A stretch of DNA of 64,000 nt from Squalus acanthias (GCA_030390025.1 CM059432.1:10912001-10976000); one strand, 5' to 3'; counted from the stretch's first letter, positions 24,142 to 37,958 are shown. Made by a program: numbers and translations. The notes: generated from the letters alone by a model not told the origin.

Positions 24142-24288
24142 ACGCACAGTGGGTCAGTATGGCGAGTGACGTGGGCCCACCCTGAGTTTGGCCAAGTGCT
24201 CGCCTCCTGCTCCTTCGATCGGACCGCGGCAGTGTGGGAGGAGATAGTGGGAGAGTCGAATGACAAACTGCGGGGACAGAGTCACTGG
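24142..24288 (+). CDS. SEH1L: SEH1L exon 3
   Basis: [53 protein letters not shown] bounded; 147 bp. Confidence 0.98.
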
Positions 24289-24584
24289 GTGAGTTTGGAT
24301 CTTTTCACTGCTGGCGGCGCTGGGTTTGGTTGGTGCCGCTGTGTTTGCGGTGGATCGAGACGGATGACAGTCCCCCGATCAACGAATCCATCTGAGATTT
24401 TAAAAAAATTCAATTTATAAAGCTCATCATATCATCTTAAGACAATGCTCTATTAATTGGCAAAACAATGATTCGGGGTGAAATATTAATTTTTATGCAT
24501 GTAATAAAATGGTCAGAAATGTCTGAATTGCCAGTCAGCTCGATGTATTGTGAAATGAGGTAGATGTCAGCTAAAGAAAATGTA

Positions 24585-25018
24585 AGACTTGCATTTCTGT
24601 CGTGCCTTTCACAACCTCAGGATGTCCCGAAGTGTTTTACAGCCAATGAAGTACTTTTTTGAAGTGTAGTCACTGTTGTAATGTAGGAAACGCGGCTGCC
24701 AATTTGCACCACAGCAAGCTCCCACACACAGCAATGTGATAATGACCAGATAATCTGTTCCAGTGATGCTGGTTGAGGGATAAATATTGGTCAGGACACC
24801 AGGGAGAACTCCCCTGCTCTTCTTCGAAATAGTGGCCATGGGATCTTTTATGTCCGCCTGAGAGAGCAGACGGGGCCTCAGTTTGACGTCTCACCTGAAA
24901 GACAGCACCTCCGACAGTGCAGCACTCCCTCAGCACTGCACTGGAGTGTCAGCCTAGAATTTTGCGCTCAAGTCTCTGGAGTGGGACTTGAACCCACAAC
25001 CCTCTGACTCAGACGAGA
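24585..25018 (-). mobile_element. Same SINE family
   Basis: Sequence match to other copies. Confidence 0.85.
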
Positions 25019-25608
25019 GTGGTGTGCCTCTGGTTTTTCAGGATTTTTATTTATTAATACTCGCTTTAGCCGTTCTGTTACAAATTAGGCAAAGTCCTCT
25101 CCGTGGGTACATTGCTGTGAGACAAAATATTCCCTGCGTTCACTTCTTATTAAGCCAGCACTAGAAGGCTGTGGCTCTTTTAACGGAACATTGCTCTTAG
25201 CCTTCACAGTTGGGCTTACCTCCTGCATTAGGGAGAGAGAAGGCGGGGGTTGGGGGGGGTGCGGAATCAGTGAGGATTCCTGTATTTGTGCTCCTGATTG
25301 TTGTCCTTTGATCCGTACTGGAATGTGTACGTGCGTCATTGTCAGGTGAGAATAGGAATAGGTTCAGCTGCGATGCCCCTCGCAGTCCAACAGCCTACCA
25401 CTTGTATCGGCTGACATATGAGGAATGGCCGCAGGCGCGGTATTGGAGGGCAGCTGGATCCATTGAAATTGTACGCTCGGAAAAGTCGGCGTCTCCAGCA
25501 GAGGAGGGAATATGGGGAAGAATATCGGAATAAAACAGGAAAAAAAAAGACGTTGTGACTGGCTGCATGCACATTAACAGGCCTGTAAATGCCTCTACCT
25601 CCAAACAG

Positions 25609-25820
25609 GTGAAAAGGACTACCCTCGTGGACAGCAGAACCTCAGTGACGGATGTGAAATTTGCTCCGAAACACATGGGTTTGGTTCTAGCCACCTGCTC
25701 CGCAGACGGTGTCGTGCGGATATACGAGGCCCCAGACGTCATGAACCTCAGTCAGTGGTCGTTGCAGCATGAGATCTCGTGCAAGTTGAGCTGCAGTTGT
25801 ATCTCCTGGAACCCCTCCAG
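25609..25820 (+). CDS. SEH1L: SEH1L exon 4
   Basis: [25 protein letters not shown]...[15 protein letters not shown]; 212 bp. Confidence 0.98.
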
Positions 25821-25967
25821 GTGAGAAGGTGCACGAGACACATGGGTATTTTGGCACCGAACAGCACACTTGAGAACATATTCATTTAACCCAGTGCACC
25901 AATTGTGGATAAAATAGCAACCGCGTAAAGGTAACGCATAACTTTGGTTTTTACTTAGTTAAAAGAA

Positions 25968-26383
25968 AAAAGACTTGCATTTATATAGCGCCTTTCACAA
26001 CCACCGGCCGTCCCAAAGCGCAATCACTGTTGTAATGTAGGAAATGCGGCAGCAAGATCCCAGCAATGTGATAATGACCAGATAATCTGTTATTTAGTGA
26101 TGTTGATTGAGGGATAGATATTGGCCAGGACACCGGGGATAACTCGCCTTGCTCTTCTTCGAAATAGTGGCCGTGGGATCTTTTACATCCACCTGAGAGA
26201 GCAGACGGGGCCTCGATTTAACGTCTCATCCGAAAGACGGCACCTCCGACAGTGCAGCTCTCCCTCAGTGCGGCACTGGAGTGTCAGCCTAGATTTTTGT
26301 GCTCAAGTCTCTGGAGCGGGACTTGAACCCACAGCCTTCTAACTCAGAGGCGAGGGTGCTGCCCACTGAGCCACGGCTGACAC
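25968..26383 (-). mobile_element. Same SINE family
   Basis: Sequence match to other copies. Confidence 0.85.
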
Positions 26384-26704
26384 TGAATAATATGACTAAT
26401 TGAGGGTGCCTTTCAAAGTTCGGAATAAATTTATGTTGAACTACTGTAGAGGCTGTTATATGTAAATAAAATTGATGAGGTTTCTTCCTTCGCCGCTGCG
26501 ACCACATTGAGGTGAATAGCATAGCTGCATTTAAGGGTAAGCTAGATAAACACATGAGGGAGAAAGGAATAGAAAGTTTTTTAACTAATGGTCAGTGCAC
26601 CCTTTAAGCACAGTGAAGGTTGTTACGCTGAGAGTGAGGGCTACTTCTTGTGACGCCCAACAGATTTAATTGCAAGCTGCCATTATTTGTATATAGGGCT
26701 TAAG

Positions 26705-27135
26705 AATTAAAGAAATTTACAGCACAGAAGGAAGTCATTTGGCCCATCGTGTCTGTGCTGGCTGAAAAAGAGCTATCCAGCCTAATCCCATTTTCCAGCT
26801 CTTGGTCTGTAGCCCTGTAGGTTATGGCACTTCAAGTGCATATCCAAGTACTTTTTAAATGCATTGAGAGTTTCTGCCTCTACCACCCTTTCTGGCAGTG
26901 CGTTCCAGACCCCCCACCACCCTCTGGGTGAAAGAGGTTCTCCTCAACTCCCCTCTAATCCTGCTACCAGTTACTTTAAATCTATGCCCCCTGGTTATTG
27001 ACTTCTCTGCTGAGGGAAATAGGTCCTTCCTAGCCACTCTATCCAGGCCCCTCATATTTTTATACACCTCAATTAAATCTCCCTTCAGCCTCCTCTGTTC
27101 CAAAGCAAAACAATCCCAGCCTATCCAATCTTTCT
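26705..27135 (-). mobile_element. CR1 3' fragment, ending ~40 bp before SEH1L exon 5
   Basis: RRLKGDLIEVYK...TRGHRFK. Confidence 0.85.
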
Positions 27136-27176
27136 ATATGTTAAACTTTTTTCCCCAATGTTGTTTTTCTTCACAG

Positions 27177-27275
27177 TTCCCGTTCTCACCCCCCTATGAT
27201 AGCGGTGGGAAGTGACGACAGCAGCACAAACGTAGGTGGGAAAGTTCAAATTTACGAATACAATGAAAACACCAG
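27177..27275 (+). CDS. SEH1L: SEH1L exon 5
   Basis: [40 protein letters not shown]; 99 bp. Confidence 0.97.
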
Positions 27276-27744
27276 GTAAGCCACGAAGGAGTGCGTGGAA
27301 AATACACGTTTTTTTGTTGTTGCCGTTTTTCTCCCTGATGGTGCCCACGCGTGCTGGAATAAAGTTCCACGGACAGTTTCTGTCCGTCAAGGTGCAACCC
27401 AAGTGCCAGGTCTTCACGTGCCAACCCAGACAGTGAAACATCAGCAGGCTTTTCGAGTGTGGGAAACCCCCGTGACCAAGCCGGATCGTGAACCTGCCCT
27501 TAGCCACACAAGGCCTTTCGGCAAGTGTCAGTAGCTCGGGTTCAGAAGCAGGAACCCTGGTTGGGTTTTATCTCCTCCTTAACCCCTGGGGCTTCTGAAA
27601 CCAGCTGTAGCATTATCTCACTGCTGTCCCAACTGAGATCCCTTTAAAGCACAGGACATTGCTGAAACTTGGGACCCTGCTGGTCTCGGGTGCACAGCTC
27701 AAGGTGCATGTATTTACTGAACCATCACAGGTCTCTGCAATACT

Positions 27745-28472
27745 GGCCCGTATATTCCCATCCCTACGGGTGTGTATGAGCTGTGTACACACATGTAGGG
27801 ACATCGGAAATGCCAGTTTCAGGCATGCGGAGCGCATGCGCTGAAAACCGGCATTTCCGATCTGTCAACAGATCGGACGCCTGCCCTAGAGAAGGGCCTC
27901 TGCGGGGGGGAGAGTTCCGCTTTCTGGAGAACCTCCGCCCGCTGAAAACCCTTAGAAATCTTACGCCTGGTAAAAGCAGGCATAAGGCCAGCTTTTTCCA
28001 AAAAAAAATTTTTCACTCATTACAATTTAAAAATACTTTTTTAAAAAAGGTAAGTTTATTTTTAGCCCCGTAAAAAACTTTAAATTATTTTTTTCAAAAA
28101 ATAAAAGTTTTGTTTAAACTACGTATTTAATTTAATGTAATTTTAATTCATTTTAAAAAGTGATGGTTTTTAAAAATTTATTTCATGTTTTAGTGTATTT
28201 TTGGGGTGATCTCCATTCATATATTTGACAGGTCTATCTGTCAAAAGTATGAAGGGGGATTCCCTTCTCCTATTGGCTGGCCTGGCCCACGTGATCCCAG
28301 GGACGTTTGCGAACCGCCTGCGCCCCTGGGATACGTGGGCCCTGCGCATTTCGACTGGAGAGGCCCAGGAGCGAAAGTGTCCGAACCTCGGGAGCCCTCA
28401 GGTAAGAGCGTAGATTCTTTTCCGACAGGAGACCTCCGCACGCAGGAAGCCTCCTATCGGAAATTACGGGCC
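27745..28472. mobile_element. Non-autonomous DNA transposon with AT-rich core; second copy starts at ~63038 and is cut by CR1
   Basis: GGCCCGTATATTCC and GGAAATTACGGGCC termini; ~440 bp similarity to 63038-63476. Confidence 0.75.
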
Positions 28473-28784
28473 AATATTTTTAATAAGTTATCTCTGCCTG
28501 AATCTGTTGTCCGACTGAGCCCTGGCAGGATTGTAACAAAGGAAAAAGCCAATGAGAGGTAACGAACGATCTGAGATCTCTTCGTTAATACCTGACTTAA
28601 AATTTATCTTTTTGAAATAGGGTTAAAACTGTAACATTGTGGCAGGTATTTGACTTTAGTTTAAAGAACAAATTATTTTTCTCTAACAAAATCTCTTGAG
28701 CAAGGTGTCCTCACTTTTGTCGACAGAAAGTACATGTGGTGCTGCTGTGCAATGACACAATAAATATATATAAAACTAGCTGAG

Positions 28785-29238
28785 AAAGAAAGACTTGCAT
28801 TTATATAGCGCCTTTCACGACCTCAGGACGTCCCACCCAATATAGTACTTTACAGCCAATGAAGTACTTTTGAAGTGTAGTCACCAACATTCCCTTTAAG
28901 CTACGCAGCCGGTGAGCAGGCTTCCCAATGCAAAAAACCGCACATGCACGGAAGTTTGAATGGGCCGTGCAGCCCGTGAAAAAATTACGGTGAACATTGG
29001 TAGTCACTGTTGTAATGTAGGAAACACGGCAGCCAATTACGTGCAGCAAGCTCCCACAAACAGCAGTGTGATAATGACCAGATAATCTGTTTTTGTGATG
29101 TTGATTGAGGGATAAATATTGTCCAGGACACCGGGGAGAACTCCCCCTGCTCTACTTCGAAATAGTGCCGTGGGATCTTTTACGCCCACCTGAGAGAGCA
29201 GACGGGGGCCTCGGTTTAACATCTCATCCGAAAGACGA
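28785..29238 (-). mobile_element. Same SINE family, 5'-truncated, with nested hAT MITE
   Basis: Sequence match; interrupted at 28885-28999. Confidence 0.85.
28885..28999. mobile_element. hAT-type MITE
   Basis: CAACATTCCC and GTGAACATTG ends; 8-bp TSD GTAGTCAC. Confidence 0.85.
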
Positions 29239-29606
29239 AAAACAGTAGATAATTCCTTGATGGACTATAATTATAACTTTTAATGTGTGTGTGTATGACT
29301 GATATCACTTTCCTCGAGCAGCAATGTTAAATAACGAGCATGAAAATGAAAAGAGTAACTGCAGTTCCTCCCAGCTTTGTAATCTGCACGTCCACAGAAT
29401 GCTTTCGGTGTCTCTAAAGCAATTACTATCATCTGTTGGGGCACATTTTTGACACTGCCTTGCTCCCGTTGTCCTCCCACTCGTGAAGGAACTCTTACGA
29501 TAGGCAGCCGCATTTTCAGTTTTGAGGGTTGATGTCCGAAGAAAACGTGAGCGAAGATGGAATAAATTATATGAATCCTGATTTGATATTTGTGTTTTGT
29601 TTCTAG

Positions 29607-29747
29607 GAAGTACGCAAAAGCAGAAACCCTAATTACCGTTACCGATCCTGTGCACGATATTGCATTTGCACCAAACCTTGGAAGGTCTTTCCATATTCTT
29701 GCAGTAGCAAATAAAGATGTCCGAATTTTCACACTAAAACCCTTAAG
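29607..29747 (+). CDS. SEH1L: SEH1L exon 6
   Basis: [51 protein letters not shown]; 141 bp. Confidence 0.97.
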
Positions 29748-30169
29748 GTGGGAAGTCCTAATTTCTGGTTTACCTACTGTATTTAATATCCCCAAAGCCA
29801 TTTCGTATTTAAGCTATGAGATAGAAAGAATTTGCATTTATGTAGCATCTTATCATGGGTGTTCCAAAGTACCACCACACATACAATAATTTTGAATTGT
29901 AGTCACTGTTGTTTTGTAGGAGAATGCAGCAGGTATTTTGCAAATAGCAGTGATAACTAGTTGTTCTATATTTTTTGATGATGTTGTGGTGTTAGTTGAG
30001 ACAAGAATGTTGGCCAGAGCTGCTCTGCATATAGTGCCGTGGGATCTTTATCATCCGCCTGAATGGGCAAAGGATTGCATTTCCAACAGTGAGCACTCCC
30101 TCAAGAATAAGAAAGAATTTGAATTTATATAGCATCTTTCGTGACCTCAGTATGTCCAAAAGCACTTTG

Positions 30170-30900
30170 CAACTTGCATTTGTAAAGCGCCTTTAATGTA
30201 AAAAAAAAAAATGACCCAAGGCGCTTCACAGGTGTGTAATCAGACAAAAATTAACACCGAGCCAAAGAACGAGATATTCGGACATTTGGTAGGTTTCAAG
30301 GATGAGAGAGGCGGAGAGGTTTACGGAGGGACTTCCAGAGCTTAGAGCCGAGATGGCTGAAGGGTGGAGCGAAAGAAGTGCGGGATTCACCAGAGTTGGA
30401 GGAATGTAGAGTTCTCGTAGGGCTGGAGAAGGTTACAGAGATGGGGATTTTAACACCGGGATCAAAATTTTAAAATCGAGGCGTTGCCTGGCCAGGAGCC
30501 AATGTAGGTCAACAAGCACGGGTGAACGGGACTTGGTGCAAGTTAGATTACGGGTAGCGGAGTTTTGGGATGAGCTCAGGTTTATGGAGGGTGGAAAATT
30601 GGGAGGCCGTCCAGAAGAGCGTTGAAATAGTCAAGTCTGGAGGTAACAAAAGCATGGATGGGGGGGGTTTTAGCAGCAGGTGGCTGAGGCAGGGACAGAG
30701 ATGGGCGATATTACGGAGGTGGAAGTAGACGGACTTAGTGATGGATAGGATATGGAGTCGGAAGCTCAGCTCGGGGTCAGATAGGACTCCGAGGTTGCGA
30801 ACAGTCTGGTTCAACCCAAGACGGTGGCCAGGGAGGGGGATCAAATAACTGACGAGGGACCGGACTTTGACAAAGACAATGGCTTTGGTCTTCCAAATGT
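30170..30900 (-). mobile_element. L2 3' portion (degraded)
   Basis: VRNLGVLSDPELSF...YFHLRNIA. Confidence 0.82.
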
Positions 30901-31544
30901 TTACAGCCAATGAAGTACTTTAGAAATGTAGTCACTGTTGTAATGTAGGAAACGCGGCAATAAATTTGCGCACAGCAAGGTCCCACAAACAGCAAGAAGA
31001 TAATGACCAGATAATCTGTTTTAGTGATGTTGATTGAGGGATAGATATTGGCCGACGTGTCAGCCTGGATTAAGTGCTCAAGTCTCTGGAGTGCAGCTTG
31101 AAACCACGACCTTCTGACTTGGTAGCGAAGGATGCCACCCACTGAGTCACGGCTGATGCTTAACTCAGTGCTCAGTGGGGTTTGAAATCGCACCATTTGA
31201 CTGATTAGCACTTTATACGTTTTTAAAAACATTCTCCCAAAAGTAAAATATTCTGTGAATGTAAAAGTGTGTTTATAAATTTTTCAATTCTGTCTGTTAA
31301 TTTAATACATGTCTTAACTTGATCATTATTTTACGATACCAGTTGGGTTGTACCTCTCCCCATCACAACTGTTCATAATTGTAAGACAGCGATTCTACCA
31401 ATTAGGACAGGAAGCCATAACAATTTTTTTTTTAAATTATAAATATTTTTGTTAGTTTTAATAACAGAAGAATGAAGGGAGAGGTTAAGAGAAACTTCAG
31501 TTGTTCAGACATGGAATGCCTGATTGGAAACCGCAGTAGACACA

Positions 31545-31865
31545 ACAACAAGTTGCATTAATATAGCCACATAAGGAGAAATTAGGGCAGATTGGTCAAA
31601 GAGGTAGGTTTTAAGGAGCGTCTTAAAGGAGGAAAGAGAGGCAGAGAGGTTTAGGGAGGGAATTCCAGAGCTAAGGGCCGAGGCAACTGAAGGCACGGCC
31701 GCCAATGGTGGAGCGATTAAAATCAGGGATGCTCAAGAGGCCAGAATTGGAAGAGCGCAGAGATCTCTGAGGGTTGTGGGGCTGGAGGAGATTACGGAGA
31801 TAGGGAGGGGTGAGGCCATGGAGGGATTTGAAAACCAGGATGAGAATTTTAAAATCAGGGCGTTA
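31545..31865 (-). mobile_element. L2 3' fragment
   Basis: SSFKTLLKTYLF. Confidence 0.8.
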
Positions 31866-32173
31866 TAAAGCTTTTAAAAGGGAAGTGGATAAACAAAAAC
31901 AATATGGGGAAAGGACAGGGGAATGGGACGAAGTGTTTAGCTCTTTCACAGGGCAGTTGAGCTTAAGGGCCTCCTGTGCTGTAAGATTCGATGATTTAAC
32001 AATACTACTGAAAAGATCCTTTTGATGAATAACTCCCGGCCCAAGACCGCTGCATTTTGTTTCACCCTGATCCTTCAGTAGTAATCTGATGACTTCTAAA
32101 CTGTTGCGCAGCCAATAAAAATAAGCATTAAACCTTTATCATCATCTTTTTCCCCCCCACCCCCACCCCCCAG

Positions 32174-32331
32174 AAAAGATTTGAGCTGTTCGGGAGGGCC
32201 AACCAAATTTGAAATTCAGACAGTGGCACAGTTCGATAACCACAACTCGCAGGTATGGCGTGTGAGCTGGAACATCACTGGTACGGTCTTGGCGTCCTCT
32301 GGAGATGATGGATGTGTCAGATTATGGAAAG
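32174..32331 (+). CDS. SEH1L: SEH1L exon 7
   Basis: [57 protein letters not shown]; 158 bp. Confidence 0.97.
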
Positions 32332-33559
32332 GTGATCTTGAATTTCTAAGCATAATTCGGGTAACATCAAACAATTACTTGGATTGTATAGTATTGTAAT
32401 TATTGAGAGGTGTAGTTGAAGATTGGTAATTTGCCGATCTCAGTACAGGTGAGTGACTATCACTGAGGTGGTTTTATTTCACTTTATTTGACTTCCCATT
32501 GTGCTGTTGGCATTATTACCCTGTTAGACAGGGATATTGTCACATGGACATTTAACATCGTGATCTACCCACTACAAGTTTTGTAGCAATGTGACATTTT
32601 CAGCTGTTTAAATAAGGATAAAAAAATATTATTCCAACCTTCGGTTTCATCTGCAATATGAATGCTAGTGTAAACCGAAAGCTGGTTATGCAACTTCGAG
32701 GATGGTTGGTTATTAATTAATGGCCCTACAAGATGGTCATTGTTGTTCAGAGACCAAAGAGCTGAAAGGAGAGATGTACCACCTTGTGTAGCTGATTACT
32801 TTGGTGTGAAACTGAGTTTTGAAACACCACTGGCTGCTACTTTTCTTGTACCTCATTTTATAGTTGTGCCCTGGATCTGTAATCTAATTTCAGCCACGCA
32901 ACTTGATTCCCTGATTCATAGAATAAGTCTCTCTATTTTTGCAGAGCAGTTTTATGAATCGGGAGTGGGTGGGGGGGCATACACAAAAACACCTTTCTGA
33001 CAGTGGGCTCCCTCAATTGTTCATCAAATGCATCCAATGAGTAACCCGGCCGTACAGATCAGGGTTTGCAGAAGGAGCACTACGCTTGACCTCAGTCACC
33101 CCCCCCCCCAGGTGACGGAGGGGAAAAGTGGCCGGGGTTCCAGCTCCTGACTGATATCCAGTGAGCATTATTGGAAGTGAACCTTGATGAATGGCTGTGA
33201 AGAACTACAGCACTAGAAAAGCCAGCCTACACTCAGCATCTTACTGCCACCAGCGCTGTGTGTCTGTACACCAGCAAGGACCCAGCACCTTCAGGGGGGG
33301 GGCGGGGTGGAATTGGTGAGAAGTAAAAAGAAAGCTGTTCTCGAACATCATTAAGAGGCGGAGGTTGAAGGTAAGGGGAAAACCACTGGATGGGAGAACA
33401 AACTGATGCTTGGAAACTTCGACCAATGGAAATTATCCAGGTGAGTCTACCAGTTTTTAGTTCATCTTGATAACTAATTATCATTAGGACAAGACCCAAC
33501 CGATTTAATAGACCCAGATGGAAATTAAGTACACTGGAGAAAGAATGAAGCTGGATTCC

Positions 33560-34112
33560 TTTGTCTGCCTCAGCCTATTTACTGCTGAAACCTTCATCCA
33601 TGCTTTTGTTGCCTCCAGACTCGACTATTCCACTGCTCTCTTGGCCGACTTCCCATCTTCTACCCTCCTGTAAACTTCAGCTCAAGGCTCAAGTCCCGTT
33701 CACCCATCACCCCCGTGCTCGCTGACCTACATTGGCTGCCGGTCCGGCGACGCCTCGAACTTAAAATTCTCGTCCTTGTGTTCAAATCCTTCCATGGCCT
33801 CGCCCCCCCCCCCCCCCTCCCAATCTCTGGAACCTCCTCCAGCCCTACCTTCCTCCGAGAACTCTGCGTTCTTCAATTCTGGAATCCCCAATTTCCCTTG
33901 GCCCTCCATTGGTGGCTGTGCATTCAGTTGTCTAGGCCCTAACCTCTGGAATTCCCTCCCCTAAATCTCTCTGGCTCTCTTTCCTCCTTTGAGACGCTCC
34001 TTTAAAAACTACCTCTTTGACCAAGCTTTTGTCCTAATATCTCCTTGTGTGGTTCGGTGTCAAATTTTGTCTTAACGCTCCTGTGAAACGCTACATTAAA
34101 GGCACTATTTAT
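33560..34112 (+). mobile_element. L2 3' portion
   Basis: LADLHWLPVRRRLELKILVLVFK and L2 tail. Confidence 0.85.
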
Positions 34113-34259
34113 AACTGTGGCATAGGTCGCGGGTTGAAAGCACATTGATCCATCCCGTAAAATGCATGAAATGTTAATTTGTGTTCACTGGGGTTCTTTA
34201 ATGCTTAAAATGCATACCACTGTTGACTGAAGTTCCGATGATTTATTTTTATTTTTCAG

Positions 34260-34422
34260 CTAATTATATGGACAATTGGAAATGCACTGGCATATTGAAA
34301 GGGGATGGAAGTCCTGTAAATAGTGCCTTAAACCAACAGTCATTGGGAATTCTTAATTCTTCCTCAGCATTAAGCAATACATCCTTACAGAGTACACTTA
34401 ATGGATCATCTGCTGGAGGAAG
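34260..34422 (+). CDS. SEH1L: SEH1L exon 8
   Basis: [22 protein letters not shown]...LNGSSAGG(R); CAG acceptor, AG|GTAGG donor. Confidence 0.96.
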
Positions 34423-34781
34423 GTAGGTTGATACTGCCTTCAGTTCAGAGGCACCAATGCAGATTTGGAGAACTTTAGCCAGCTGGGGGCTAATAAGTTT
34501 CATTTGACTCTTGATTTTTCAAGTGTTAGCCAAGTTGGCATTACACTGCGGCATTTGAACACTGGGTCCCGTGGACACTAGGGCCATGTGTCAAATCCTG
34601 TAGCAAATGCTGATTGGCTTCACTGAAACTTTCCTCTTTTTAAGCTGGAGGCTAGAAGTCATCTGTTGTGAAGAATGTGTAAGGGGTGATGTGAGTGAGA
34701 CCCCACTGCGAAGGTGGGTAGGTAACCTGCATTTGGGCATCTGCCAGTACTGTTCTGTAACAGCTGCTGGGAGGTGTAGAT

Positions 34782-35348
34782 CAGTGTTTCTCAAACTGGG
34801 GTCCGCGGACCTCCCGCAGAGACTATCCAGGGGGTCCGCGGCCAGAGGTAATTTCAAGCCTGCTCCTCTTTATAAAACCAACACTGATTCAGTTCTTGCG
34901 AATTATTCTCAACGGCTGGGCCTGCTTCCTTACAGAGGCCCACAGCTCTCACTCACTTTGCAACAACGAGCGCTCCCTGCCGGTCGTGCCGCTCCCTCTC
35001 CCTGGCACCGCGAACCTGTGCCACCCTCCCGACACGTGATCAGAGCACCTGCGGGGGGGGCCTTCAAACACGCGCCTGAGCGCGTTCACGCAAACACGTG
35101 CAATCCTACAGTACAGCCGTTGCAAACCATGCCAGTGGGACAGTACGGCGGTGAGTCATGCTTCCAGCAGCATCCCAGCTTGTGCACGGGAGAGCGTGCC
35201 CTCACTCACCTTGGCCAGCCTGCTGACGGCTTTAAAAATTGTCCAGCACTAAGTGACTAACAGTGGCCATCTGTTGCTGTGGAGTACCCAGAATTGGTGT
35301 GAGAAGCAGGCACGCCCATCTCTCTGCAATAAAGTTTGAGAACCGCTG
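34782..35348. mobile_element. hAT/Charlie-like non-autonomous element
   Basis: CAGTGTTTCTCAAACT and AGTTTGAGAACCGCTG termini; no clear TSD. Confidence 0.6.
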
Positions 35349-35898
35349 ATCACCCGCGAGCTTCGAATGGGCATCTTCCCCCAACATGGAGTTTAAGTCA
35401 GGAACTTGCCATTTGGGGAGTTGAGTACTGGGGGAAGCTGTGTCCAAAGATCAAACTGCTGTGTAATCATGCTGCTCACTGCTGCTTTTATTTTAAATTA
35501 TTACTCCTTTTTGATTCTACATTAGCTTTTACTTTTGAAGATTTTTGAGTGACGGTGGCACATTATTTCATTTATTACATATTTATAAAGAGGAATCTTT
35601 CTGACCCCTGGCATAAATTCCAAAAATGAACAGGACCTGCTCTTAAATTCTTCATTTACTTCTACAGATTAATGTTTTAAAAAAACAGGGGTATAGTCAT
35701 AGCCGCACACTAGATTCCATAACAATAAACTTCTCAAGATGTGGAAATAACAATAAAAACTGTGTCCGCTGCATGGTGTCCATAACTCTGAAGTGGATGT
35801 TACCTTGAAGTATTGATGTATGTAACACTGAAGTAATGAAGCACATTTGAAATAATGAATGTCCAAACTTAAAAAAGAAAATAAAACATTATAACAAG

Positions 35899-36039
35899 CA
35901 ATGTTTCCTGTACGCTGCACTCTTTAGTGCATAGTCCCTTTAAATTTCCGTGCATGCGTTGTATTTGCAATGGTGAAGCCGGTGAGCAGCCCGCACGGGA
36001 CCTTTCCCATTGCAGCCACACAGCTTAGAGGGAACATTG
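35899..36039. mobile_element. hAT-type MITE
   Basis: CAATGTTTCC and GGGAACATTG ends; 8-bp TSD ATAACAAG. Confidence 0.85.
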
Positions 36040-36540
36040 ATAACAAGCACTAAATACAGTTCTGTATATTATTGCAAATGCTTCGAACTTGAAACCAACC
36101 TCATGGCGCACAGTAGTGTCTGCTGCACTGAAATGTACACAACTCTGTGCTTGTACTTAATAGGTTAAAATAATTTATAATTTAATTTGCCTGATTGTAA
36201 ACCAAACCCCCCCCCAAACATGTATGAGACAGCAGTACTCTGGGAGTTGACAGTGAAGTGTACACAGGTTTTTTTGTATCTAGGTCATACATTAAGAGTG
36301 CATGTGGGTTTTTTAGCTCCCCATCAGAGATGGGTTGCTTGGGAACTCTGTCCGCTTTCCCCTCACTAACCCAGGGAGGCCAGCGCTGACCAGATATCAA
36401 AACTGGGACCATCATGATTTGCGTAACTCCGCGACTCACTGGATGAGCTTGCTAAGGGGAGCTCTGGGACTACATGTTCTTTGACCAACACTCGCTCACC
36501 ATTTTCACACGTTCGTAGCCACGTGGTCTCTTTTTTTAAA

Positions 36541-36846
36541 ATCACAGAATCACAGAATCCCCACAGTGCAGATAGAGGCCATTTCGGCCCATCGAGCCTG
36601 CACCGACACACATCCCACCCTATCCCCGTAACCCCACGTATTTAATCCCCCCTAACACTAAGGGTCAATTTATCCTAGCCAAATCAACCTAACCCGCACA
36701 TCTTTGGACTGTGGGAGGAAACCGGAGCACCCGGAGGAAACCCACGCAGACACGGGGAGAATGTGCAAACTCCACACAGACAGTCGCCCGAGGCCGGATT
36801 CGAACCCGGGTCCCTGGCGCTCTGAGGCAACAGTGCTAGCCACTAT
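36541..36846 (-). mobile_element. V-SINE (HE1-like)
   Basis: V-domain GTGTGGAGTTTGCACATTCTCCCCGTGTCTGCGTGGGTTTCCTCCGGGTGCTCCGGTTTCCTCCCACAGTCCAAAGA, tRNA head, CR1-like tail. Confidence 0.88.
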
Positions 36847-37945
36847 GCAAGAGCATTTCTTCCACTGCAATTGGGCGCCTGAAATTGGGATGTGAAGACC
36901 AGTAAAATTTATTGTTACTGTCTGAAAGGAACATTTTCAATGTAAAGAAAACCCAGATATCAAGTAATGTAATTAAAAGGAAAAACCGGAGGGGAATGTT
37001 TCCTACTTAGCTGGAGGTGTTTTTAATTTAATTACTGATTCTGAGGCCAGTGGAGATGACCATTTCAACTCTTCTGTCAAATAATGGAGGCACTTCATTC
37101 ACCCCAGTTATTGGAGTAGCTTCATAGTAAATCCTGTAAAATGCCAATCAGGACCTGTTTGTTATTTCTGAGCCAGGAAAAGATGCTGCTGGATGAGCAC
37201 TGCTCTGTATTCATCGGGTAGAAAATAACGAGGGTGTTTTCTTTGGCCAGAAATACTCGCTTTTCTCTGGCCCCATTAGTTGCTGGTGGTGGTGGGGGCG
37301 GAGGGGGGAGACAACACAATCTTGAGGCTTTTGTCAGTGCTGGTCTCCCCCAACTTACTGCAGATTCAGTCTCTGATTTCTACCCCCCCCCCCCCCCGTC
37401 CCTTTCTGGGGAGGCAGTGTTCCCTGATGATTTTGTTAAGCTCAGGAGCTTTGCAGTGTGGAAAATTGCAGGGGCAAACAATATTTAACTTGGTGGCACA
37501 GAGCATTGGTCCTAAAGCAGTGTGCCATCTGGAGGTACCTCTTTCCTTCCCCCCCCGCCCCCGCCCCTCCCCTTCCCTTCTAGAAATACTCCATTTTAAA
37601 ATTTGAGTTTATATATATACTGTGGTGCTGAACAGTGGTTGTGGACATTGCTTGCACATCCCTTCTGGATACAAGATTTGTATTGACTTATCAAAGAAAC
37701 AGACCTTGGGAGCTATCGGCAGAGCATTTGGATTTCTCTGTTTAACTGTCGAAGTGAAAGTTGCATTTGAAATGTTCTCTTTTTTTTCTCCCCCCACCCA
37801 AAAATATATAATCGAATAGAAAGGATTACAAACATTTGCAAATTTGAAATGTGGTTAAGCAGAGGTATATGTTCATTTTTTTTCCTTTTAGGAAACCTTG
37901 ATACATCTTGCCTTCTACACACATTATGCCCTTTTCAACAGAAAG

Positions 37946-37958
37946 AAAACACAGCTGA
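37946..37958 (+). CDS. SEH1L: SEH1L short terminal exon (RKHS* C-terminus; upstream acceptor at 37942 gives RKKTQLISS*, stop at 37969)
   Basis: cttttcaacAG-aaAG-aaaacacagctga; phase-2 join gives R-K-H-S-stop, the recalled end of the mammalian short isoform. Confidence 0.75.

Noticed and set aside
34607..35260. 217-aa ORF in SEH1L intron 8
   Set aside because: Lies mostly within a GC-rich hAT-like element; no recognisable domain
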